From: an uncultured Bacilli bacterium
GTDB lineage: Bacteria > Bacillota_I > Bacilli_A > RF39 > UBA660
Assembly (NCBI GenBank): GCA_944368805.1
Contig: CALVXC010000026.1
Location: 1-18,163 of the forward strand
DNA length: 18,163 nucleotides
Direction of reading: 5' to 3'
The notes beneath the pieces were generated by a model. The model worked only from the letters and a program-made list of their open reading frames with translations. It had not been told where the DNA came from and did not search any database. The position numbers and the translations under genes were made by a program. This document shows positions 7,409 to 14,265 of the stretch, piece after piece (positions within the stretch are counted from its first letter, which is position 1; each line of letters opens with the position of its first letter).

Positions 7409-9250
7409 ATGAAAATAAATAAAATAGGAATTTTAAAAGAACAGCAAATGGAAGAATCTTCAATGATTGAAACATTAAAAAGTATAGGATTAGGTTGTTA
7501 TTGTTCAGATCTAGGACGTATATCTGGTGTTGATTTTGAACCAACAACTGGTAATGGTGATTATTGGTATGATGGATTACCAAATAATGATAAAAGAAAA
7601 GTTAGAACAACAAAACACATTACTAAAAATAATAGTATGTCATTTGCATATTCTGAAAAAGAAAAGATTGGTGTCAGAATAGCTGTTTCTTTTGATGATA
7701 TAGAAGATTTTGATATCGATAAAATAGATGATTTAGTTTGTGAATATCCATTACATGCAATAACTGGTATGGGTGGAAATACTATAAATAAATTGTTTGA
7801 AACAAAAAGCAAACTATTAATAAAAACAGGTAGAGTTCATAATATAAATGATGTTGAATATGAAGAATATGAAGTTTTTGGAATAAGATTTATTAAATTT
7901 CAAAATAAAGTTGATAAATGTGTATTAAGTGATGGTACAATAGCAGAATTAGATAAAGATATTTATCTTAAAGTTGATAAAATACCATTTATTGTTGATA
8001 AAGAAGCAAGAATGATATATTCATCTGCTATTTTGATGGCAGCACCATTTGATAGTAAAGAAAGAAATTATGACCATAGTGACTTAAGAAGATATTTAAA
8101 TAATGGTTTTATTAAAAGTATTAATGATGAATTAGAACATAAAAGTCCTTCTGTAGTATTTAAAGATGAAACTGTTGAAAACAATAGATATAAATTTAAT
8201 TTTAATCCACTAACTGAAGAAGAAATAATTGAAATTTGTATAAATTGTAACATAGCAGTATTCTTACATGGTAAAACTGGTACTGGTAAAACAGAAAGAA
8301 TGATTGCTTTAGATAGAAACTTAGAATTAGTGGATTTTGGATGTACTAGTTCAGATGGATTTACAGGTATTATTGCTAAAGATTTTAATTCTAAAGAATT
8401 ATTTATATATGAACCATATTGGTATAAAAATCTTTGCAAAAAGTGTGAAGAAGAACCTGAATTATTACATATATTATTTCTTGAAGAATTAACAAATGCC
8501 AAAAATGATATTCAAAAAGTTGCATTCGAGGTAACACTTAACAAAACATTAACTAATAGTGGTTTTAGATTGAAATTACCTGAAAATGCAGTTGTTTGCG
8601 CTGCTGGTAACGAAGCTAATGAATCAAGATCTGCAAATGCTATGAGTGAGCCATTATTTGGAAGATTTGCTCATGTTTATATTGATACAGATTCAGATGA
8701 GTGGCTAAAATGGGCTATGAGAAGAAAAAAACAAGGAAAAGTTTTAAAATACAAAAAATATGAAGAAAAAGAAACTATACATCCTGCAATAATAGATTAT
8801 ATTAAAGTAAAAGGTAATGAAGTTTTAAGAACTCAATATAATGGAACAACACCTAATGCAGACCCAAGAAAATGGGCTATGGCTTCAAAAGCATTATATC
8901 AAAGTAATAATCCAAATGTTTTACGTGCATTTGTAGGCACTGAACTTGCTGAAGATTTTATAAAATTCTGCAAAATCAATTTAATAACTGTTGATGATGT
9001 ATTAAACGATAAAGTATCTCCTAATGAAGTGCCAGTAGATAGTTCAATAAGATGGTTCACTATATTATGTTTAAGTAATGTAGCTGATGAAAATGTTGAT
9101 AAAGTTAGAGAATTTGTCGGTAATTTGGGTAAAGAATATTTAGCAACATTTGATTATGAATGGTCAAAAGATAACGATGAAAGAATAATGAAACTATATA
9201 ATACACAACCGACTTATGTAAAAAGGTTAACGTTAAATGGAAATAAATAA
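7409..9250 (+). CDS. AAA+ ATPase of the MoxR/AAA_5 (dynein-related) type with a ~270-aa N-terminal domain of unknown function
   Basis: Walker A is FLHGKTGTGKT (nt 8270-8293 encode GKTGTGKT). Walker B and its following segment, ILFLEELTNAKNDIQKVAFEV, align by eye with MoxR LLADEINRAPPKTQSALLEAM. VVCAAGNE is sensor-1-like and LFGRFAHVYID resembles the MoxR LDRF motif. No catalytic motif is recognised in residues 1-270. Confidence 0.8.
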   Translation: MKINKIGILKEQQMEESSMIETLKSIGLGCYCSDLGRISGVDFEPTTGNGDYWYDGLPNNDKRKVRTTKHITKNNSMSFAYSEKEKIGVRIAVSFDDIEDFDIDKIDDLVCEYPLHAITGMGGNTINKLFETKSKLLIKTGRVHNINDVEYEEYEVFGIRFIKFQNKVDKCVLSDGTIAELDKDIYLKVDKIPFIVDKEARMIYSSAILMAAPFDSKERNYDHSDLRRYLNNGFIKSINDELEHKSPSVVFKDETVENNRYKFNFNPLTEEEIIEICINCNIAVFLHGKTGTGKTERMIALDRNLELVDFGCTSSDGFTGIIAKDFNSKELFIYEPYWYKNLCKKCEEEPELLHILFLEELTNAKNDIQKVAFEVTLNKTLTNSGFRLKLPENAVVCAAGNEANESRSANAMSEPLFGRFAHVYIDTDSDEWLKWAMRRKKQGKVLKYKKYEEKETIHPAIIDYIKVKGNEVLRTQYNGTTPNADPRKWAMASKALYQSNNPNVLRAFVGTELAEDFIKFCKINLITVDDVLNDKVSPNEVPVDSSIRWFTILCLSNVADENVDKVREFVGNLGKEYLATFDYEWSKDNDERIMKLYNTQPTYVKRLTLNGNK

Positions 9251-10487
9251 TATTATTAAGAAAGTTCTTTTTCGATACCCAATATTTGGTAATGTGATAG
9301 CAAATTTAAAATTTCAATTTACTACAGAACCAGTACCAGCTCCTGCTTTTACTGATGGAGGAACTATTTATTATAAACAAGATTTTTTTACTGATTTTAA
9401 TGATGATGAAAAAGAATTTGTTATTTCACACGAGATATTCCACATTGTATTAAATCATTTGTTTAGAAATCTTGGTAAAGATAGAGATTTGTTAAATTAT
9501 GTGGAAGATGCTATTATTAATCAATTATTAATTAGAGATGGATTAGTAATGCCTGAAGGACTTGTATATGTAGAAGACGCTCTTGATTATTCAGTAGATG
9601 AATTATATTTAAAATTTTTACCTAAATTAGATGAAATAAAAGAATGGATGGGTTCCAATACCTATCATATAGAATTAACCGATGAAGAAATAAATGAACT
9701 AAATGATAAATTAAATGAGATTTTAAATAATTCTTATAGTAGTTATAGTAGAGATTTACAAGAATTAATGAATGATAATCAACAACTTAGAGAAGAATTG
9801 ATTGATGATTTTCAAGAAAAATTAAAACAAGAAGCAGAATCTACAGGGTATGGAAAATATGCCGGTAGACAAGAATTTCCAAGTGTAGCAGTTGGAAAAG
9901 CAGCACCATTACTTTATTGGCAAGAATTGCTTAAACAAACTTTAGTGGTTCCAGATGAAGTAACAACATCATTTTATGAAGTTGAAATGGATGGAATTAT
10001 AAGAAAAGAAGAAAAAGCAGATGTAGGTTATTCTGAAAGTGAAATAATCATTGATAGTAGTGGTTCTATGAATATGCAAAAAATTAAAGCTATTTTAAGA
10101 GAATGTAAAAACATTTTATCTTCAAGTAGTATTAGAGTAGGTTTTTGTGATACTGAATTTTATGGTTGGAATGAAATTAGAAATGAAAGTGATATTGATA
10201 ACTTGCGAATAATTGGTCGTGGAGGAACTAATTTTGATAATATGGCTAATAGTTTTTCTATAGATGCCGATAATAAAATTGTTATTACAGATGGGGAATG
10301 TACTTTTCCAAAAGATAGACCAGATATACTATGGGTAATAATAAATTACCGTAAACCATATTTTTATTCAGATAATGCGGAAAATAATTCTAATAAAATT
10401 AATTCTATATTTATAAATGAAAGAGATATACCTATACCAACCAATAGTAAAAGATTGACATTAAAAAAAATACCTAGTAAGCATTAA
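9237..10487 (+). CDS. Putative zincin metallopeptidase (HExxH) fused to a vWA domain with a complete MIDAS motif (DUF2201_N + VWA-like DUF2201 architecture)
   Basis: VISHEIFHIVLNH carries HExxH (nt 9429-9443). An acidic coiled-coil linker covers about aa 140-200. MIDAS residues are IIIDSSGSM (DxSxS, nt 10053-10067), GRGGTNF (Thr) and VITDGE (Asp). The start overlaps the ATPase stop by 14 nt (ATGGAAATAAATAA). Confidence 0.8.
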   Translation: MEINNIIKKVLFRYPIFGNVIANLKFQFTTEPVPAPAFTDGGTIYYKQDFFTDFNDDEKEFVISHEIFHIVLNHLFRNLGKDRDLLNYVEDAIINQLLIRDGLVMPEGLVYVEDALDYSVDELYLKFLPKLDEIKEWMGSNTYHIELTDEEINELNDKLNEILNNSYSSYSRDLQELMNDNQQLREELIDDFQEKLKQEAESTGYGKYAGRQEFPSVAVGKAAPLLYWQELLKQTLVVPDEVTTSFYEVEMDGIIRKEEKADVGYSESEIIIDSSGSMNMQKIKAILRECKNILSSSSIRVGFCDTEFYGWNEIRNESDIDNLRIIGRGGTNFDNMANSFSIDADNKIVITDGECTFPKDRPDILWVIINYRKPYFYSDNAENNSNKINSIFINERDIPIPTNSKRLTLKKIPSKH

Positions 10488-10505
10488 TGCCTACTAGGTA
10501 TTTTT
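10463..10505. terminator. Bidirectional rho-independent terminator between the convergent vWA gene and the 132-aa ORF
   Basis: A-run (10463-10470), then stem ATACCTAGTAAGCAT (10470-10484) pairing with ATGCCTACTAGGTAT (10487-10501) with one mismatch, then T-run 10501-10505. Confidence 0.7.
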
Positions 10506-10904
10506 CTATTCATTATTAATTAAAGAATAACAATAATCATATACTAATAAATGGTTATTAATTTCTTCATTAATAATTTTATCTTTAAAATCATTTTCAT
10601 ATATATTAAATATCATTTCAATAGAGAAATGCTTTTTTTCTTTTTCAGTAAGTTCTAAATACTTGGCTGAAAAGAATAATAAATGTTTATATTTACTAAA
10701 ATTAGTTATTACTTTAGTATAATTCGGATCTAATGCACTTAAAACTTGTTTTAATAAAATAATCATATCTCTTACATTAAAATCTACACTAAAATTTTTA
10801 TTTTCTAATAAATATATTGCTAATCTTACTTTGTCAATATCACTTAAATTATCAAATTGATGTATTAAATCAATTACTTTTTTTGTATTACTTTCTAATA
10901 ACAT
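10506..10904 (-). CDS. Hypothetical protein (132 aa), predicted helical, no recognisable domain; last gene inside the IME
   Basis: The ORF is clean, with SD GAGGT 6 nt before the ATG, and it ends at the bidirectional terminator. It is co-oriented with, and immediately downstream of, the truncated host ABC operon. Confidence 0.55.
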   Translation of the reverse strand: MLLESNTKKVIDLIHQFDNLSDIDKVRLAIYLLENKNFSVDFNVRDMIILLKQVLSALDPNYTKVITNFSKYKHLLFFSAKYLELTEKEKKHFSIEMIFNIYENDFKDKIINEEINNHLLVYDYCYSLINNE

Positions 10905-10965
10905 AGTTTTACCTCATTTCCTTTATTTACAATGGTTATAAGTAGCTTTTACTTAATTATTACTC

Positions 10966-10992
10966 GTGTCTATACTAAATGCATACTACTCT
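10966..10992. repeat. Right attachment site (att) of the IME: element-internal arm (10966-10984) plus 7-bp core CTACTCT (10986-10992)
   Basis: The core is identical to 131-137. The arm is the inverted partner (15/19) of 138-156. The host reading frame diverges exactly here (QRV then VCI-stop instead of ALIRTL). Confidence 0.8.
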
Positions 10993-11400
10993 CTGTCTCA
11001 TACCTCCAGATAGGTTATTTGGATAACTTTCGATAAAATCTTTTAAGCCATATGTTTCTAATAAATTAACGACGTTTTGTTTGTTTTCTTCCGTAAGATT
11101 GTTATTTAATTCTAAACCTAGTAAACAATTATCAATTATATTACGCCAATTAAATAAACTATCGTATTGCAACATATAACCAATTTTAGTTCCTTCTTTA
11201 AATTTAAAAGAACCATCTGATTTATTTTCTAACCCACATAAAATTGATAAAATAGTCGATTTGCCACAACCACTTGGGCCCACGATAGCAACGAATTCAC
11301 CATCGTGTAAACTAAAAGAAAAATTATCGACAGCTAAGGTTTCACCATGCTTATTGTGATAAATTTTCTTTAAATTCTTAATTCTTAAAATTTCATTCAT
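10975..11400 (-). pseudogene. 5' part of the ABC-transporter ATPase gene (NitT/TauT SsuB-like), truncated by IME insertion after the signature motif
   Basis: MNEILRIKNLKKIYH..., Walker A GPSGCGKST, Q-loop MLQ and signature LSGGMRQRV are followed by 3 element-encoded codons and a stop. ATG 11400 overlaps the upstream SBP stop (ATGAATGA). Confidence 0.9.
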
Positions 11401-12382
11401 TTTTAGAATATGTATTATCAACTATTTTGTCATATGGTGCTTTTTTGTCTAATTCACCAGCATTTTCCATAATGGTTTGAATATGATTGAAATCTTCTTC
11501 ATTTATATAAGTTGTATCATACCAAGAATCAATATCTTTATAACGGTCGATAATTGTTACTAAATCATTCATCGATGTATCAGGGAAATAATCGATAATT
11601 GTTTCAGCAATTGTTTCAGAATCATTGTTATGAACAAAATCTAAACCTTTTTGGATGGCTTTAGTAAAACCTTCGATTACATCAGGGTTTTCCTCGATAT
11701 AACTTTTTTTAGCATGGTAAGCAGTATAAGGCACTGTTCCACCTAGTTCACCTACAGAAGCGACAACATGACCATATCCTTGTTGCTCTAATTGTAAAGC
11801 TTGTGGTTCAAATAATGATACAAAATCACCATAACCACCAATAAAAGTTCCTGACATAGCAGAAAAGGCTATACTAGTATCAAAATTTACATCATCTGTT
11901 TTTAAGCTGTTTTGATTTAAAGCCCACTCTAGTGTCATAGCAGGCATACCACCTTGACGACCAGCAATAATGTGTTTACCTTTTAAATCTTCAACCTCAA
12001 AATCTTTTATTTCTTCTCTAGCTACAAGAAAACTACCATCTTTTTTAGTTAAACCAGCAAAAGTAACTAAATAATCTTCCTCGCCTTGATTATAAACATA
12101 GACAGTTACTTCACTACCAGAAAAACCAATATTAACATCACCAGATAATACAGCAGATGATACTTTATCTGCTCCAGCAGTTAGAATTATTTCAACATCT
12201 AAGCCTTCGTCTTCAAAATATCCTAAAGCGTGGGCTGCATATTGTGGAGCATAAAAGATGCTATGAGCAACTTCGGCAACAGTAATCTTTTTAAGATCAT
12301 TATCTTTATTTTTCAAGATAATTCCTAATACTACTAAAATAGCTATAATTAAGATAAAAAATCCAACAATAAATTTTTTCAA
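11393..12382 (-). CDS. ABC-transporter substrate-binding protein, NMT1/THI5-SsuA/TauA-like (nitrate/sulfonate/bicarbonate family)
   Basis: An N-terminal TM/signal anchor is followed by ITVAEVAHSIFYAPQYAAHALGYFEDEGLDVEI...GDVNIGFSG, typical of the NMT1/SsuA fold. The start is TTG, after SD AAGGAGGAG. Confidence 0.8.
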   Translation of the reverse strand: MKKFIVGFFILIIAILVVLGIILKNKDNDLKKITVAEVAHSIFYAPQYAAHALGYFEDEGLDVEIILTAGADKVSSAVLSGDVNIGFSGSEVTVYVYNQGEEDYLVTFAGLTKKDGSFLVAREEIKDFEVEDLKGKHIIAGRQGGMPAMTLEWALNQNSLKTDDVNFDTSIAFSAMSGTFIGGYGDFVSLFEPQALQLEQQGYGHVVASVGELGGTVPYTAYHAKKSYIEENPDVIEGFTKAIQKGLDFVHNNDSETIAETIIDYFPDTSMNDLVTIIDRYKDIDSWYDTTYINEEDFNHIQTIMENAGELDKKAPYDKIVDNTYSKNE

Positions 12383-12455
12383 AAATATATCTCCTCCTTT
12401 TTTCTAATTTATTATATTCAACTTAAAAAAAGGGGTGAGACTATTAAAGATTAAA

Positions 12456-12484
12456 TTTACATCTTAGCTTATAAGTGATATAAT
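12456..12484 (+). promoter_or_regulatory. Strong predicted sigma-A promoter upstream of the HipS-like ORF
   Basis: The -35 is TTTACA (12456-12461), with a 17-nt spacer and an extended -10 TGaTATAAT (12476-12484). Confidence 0.6.
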
Positions 12485-12510
12485 ATTAAATAATTGTTAG
12501 GAGGGTTAAT

Positions 12511-12819
12511 GTGGAAAAATATAATATTATTTGGAATAGACATGATGAAGAAAAAGAATATGTCATTGGAACGTTAATTCATGCTGAATTTTGGAGTTTT
12601 TTTTACAATAGAAAAGTATTTGACGAAGCATTTGATAAAGGTTTTAGACCTTTTCCAGAATTTCCTGATAAAGATAAGTACTATGTTAAAGAAGCATGCT
12701 TTAAAACTTTTGAAAGTCGATTAAACAATGATATAGTAACTGACAATATAAAATGTGAATTAGAAACAGGTGGTTACAGTGAAGCGAAAGGACATAGTCA
12801 ATATTCCAAAAATAGGTAA
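12511..12819 (+). CDS. HipA N-terminal subdomain-like protein (HipS-like, 102 aa)
   Basis: GTG start lies 5 nt after SD AGGAGGG. YVIGTLIHAEFWSFFYNRKVF...FPEFP...CFKTFESRLNN follows the HipA N-subdomain pattern (vGeL...F.Y...W...P.S..LP...FF.NLLP). Confidence 0.6.
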   Translation: MEKYNIIWNRHDEEKEYVIGTLIHAEFWSFFYNRKVFDEAFDKGFRPFPEFPDKDKYYVKEACFKTFESRLNNDIVTDNIKCELETGGYSEAKGHSQYSKNR

Positions 12820-13600
12820 AGAGCCAAGAGGAACAAATAATAAATATTGGATCAAAGATAAAGGAATTAATAAATTAGTTAAATATAATAGTGATATTTA
12901 TCCTGATTTAGATGTTATGGAAAGTTTAGCTTCAGATATTTTAAAGAAAATTAAAATAGATTGTGTTAATGTTGAACTTGGTTATAATTCTGATATTAAG
13001 CAAAATTGTTGTATAATTGATAGTTTTTTATTAAAAGATTGTGAAGTTTTATATGAAATAGATATTGATTGGCCAGAAAGAGAGATTAAAGATATAAATA
13101 GAGAAATTGAAATGAGTTTTGGTAGAGTATTTGGAATTTTTTATAAATTGTGTTCTGAAGAGGAATTAAAGCAATTAATAAAACAATATATACGTAAAAC
13201 TCTAGGAGATATTATTATTGGTAATGAAGACGGTAAATTAAAAAACACAGGTCTTATTTTTAATGAAGAAACTCACAGATATCGTTTAACTCCCAATTTT
13301 GATAATGGTTTGGCATTTCATAGTTATATATTTGGCCAATCTAATGAACCAATTTGTTATATTGGAAATCAAGGTTTTACTTCAAATGAAGTTTTAACTT
13401 ATATTTTAAATAATAAGTATGATGATGTTTCTGATATTATTGATAGTTTTAACGATTTTATGGAAAATGATTATATACAATTGATCGATACATATCAGCC
13501 TGTTTTAGAACCCCAAAAATATCATTATATTATAAAACATCTTGATTGGATTAAGTATAATATAGATACACTTTTACCTAAAAATCATAAAGCTAGGTGA
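12770..13600 (+). CDS. HipA-family serine/threonine kinase core (HipT-like); start uncertain (GTG 12770 or GTG 12779)
   Basis: IIIGNEDGKLKNTGLIFNEETHRYRLTPNFDNGLAF aligns by eye with E. coli HipA WLIGATDGHAKNFSVFIQAGGSYRLTPFYDIISAF. The catalytic Asp, the Asn and the Mg-binding Asp are kept. PRGTNNKYWIK occupies the position of the Gly-rich AGAQEK loop. The ORF overlaps the preceding ORF in the +1 frame. Confidence 0.75.
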   Translation: MVTVKRKDIVNIPKIGKEPRGTNNKYWIKDKGINKLVKYNSDIYPDLDVMESLASDILKKIKIDCVNVELGYNSDIKQNCCIIDSFLLKDCEVLYEIDIDWPEREIKDINREIEMSFGRVFGIFYKLCSEEELKQLIKQYIRKTLGDIIIGNEDGKLKNTGLIFNEETHRYRLTPNFDNGLAFHSYIFGQSNEPICYIGNQGFTSNEVLTYILNNKYDDVSDIIDSFNDFMENDYIQLIDTYQPVLEPQKYHYIIKHLDWIKYNIDTLLPKNHKAR

Positions 13601-13605
13601 TTTAA

Positions 13606-14265
13606 ATGAAAATATTAATTATTGAAGACGATATTAAATTAAGAGAAGAACTTAAAAAATCTTTAAAGAATAATGGTTATGAAGTTGAATTAATAACACA
13701 ATTCAATAATCTAGTTAATGATGTTGTTAAATTTAAAGTTGATTTAATATTACTAGATTTAAATTTACCTAATGTTGATGGTAAATTTATATGCAAAAAA
13801 ATTAGACAAATTAGTAATACTCCGATAATTATTTTAACAAGTAGTAATTCAGAGATTGATGAGATTATTAGTTTAAATTATGGTGCGGATGATTATATTA
13901 CTAAACCATATAATTTACAAATATTGCTTTTACATATTGAAGCTGTTTTGAAAAGATTTAATCCAAAATCATTAATAATTCCTTATAAAAATATTAAACT
14001 AGATGTTTCTAAAAGTATTATTGAAACAAATGATAAAAATATTGATCTTAGTAAAAACGAAAGTAAAATATTATTTTATTTATTAAAAAATAAAGGTAAA
14101 ATCGTATCTAGAGAAGAAATAATGTCATATTTATGGGATAGTGAAATGTTTGTTGATGATAATACTTTAACTGTTAATATCAATCGTTTACGTAATAAAC
14201 TATCAATGATTGGTTTAGATAAAGTAATTGAAACTAAACGAGGATTAGGATATATAATCAAATGA
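13606..14265 (+). CDS. OmpR-family response regulator, BceR-like
   Basis: The receiver domain contains DLILLDLNLPNVDG (phospho-acceptor Asp). The C-terminal winged helix is LTVNINRLRNKL...ETKRGLGYII. It sits in a Bce-type gene neighbourhood. Confidence 0.9.
   Translation: MKILIIEDDIKLREELKKSLKNNGYEVELITQFNNLVNDVVKFKVDLILLDLNLPNVDGKFICKKIRQISNTPIIILTSSNSEIDEIISLNYGADDYITKPYNLQILLLHIEAVLKRFNPKSLIIPYKNIKLDVSKSIIETNDKNIDLSKNESKILFYLLKNKGKIVSREEIMSYLWDSEMFVDDNTLTVNINRLRNKLSMIGLDKVIETKRGLGYIIK

Larger units (their letters stand above)
138..10985. mobile_element. Integrative mobilizable element (~10.85 kb): serine recombinase, MobV relaxase, RepA-like ATPase, XRE switch and cargo
   Basis: The host ABC ATPase reading frame is interrupted at 10986 and resumes at 137. 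A shared 7-bp core and inverted arms mark both ends. The interior carries integration, mobilization and replication genes but no conjugative pore (T4SS) genes and no phage structural genes. Confidence 0.85.

Noticed and set aside
7561-8502. Two minus-strand ORFs (7561-7812 and 8068-8502) inside the AAA+ ATPase gene
   Set aside because: Both are antisense to a CDS with clear Walker motifs. Their translations are low-complexity Ser/Leu/Ile-rich, and neither has a ribosome-binding site.
138-10985. Interpretation of the element as a prophage remnant or phage-inducible chromosomal island (integrase, divergent XRE switch, Bro-N protein, replication ATPase, ~11 kb)
   Set aside because: A MobV relaxase with a candidate oriT is present, and there are no packaging, capsid, terminase-small-subunit or lysis genes. 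An integrative mobilizable element fits better, although phage induction of the switch is not excluded.
12420-12445. GGGGTGAGA motif reminiscent of the start of a TPP (THI-box) riboswitch, near an NMT1/THI5-like binding-protein gene
   Set aside because: The motif is on the wrong strand for the binding-protein gene. The other conserved THI-box elements are absent, and there is too little space before the promoter at 12456.
14076-14261. 61-aa minus-strand ORF inside the response regulator gene
   Set aside because: It is antisense to a clearly conserved OmpR-type effector domain and has no SD.
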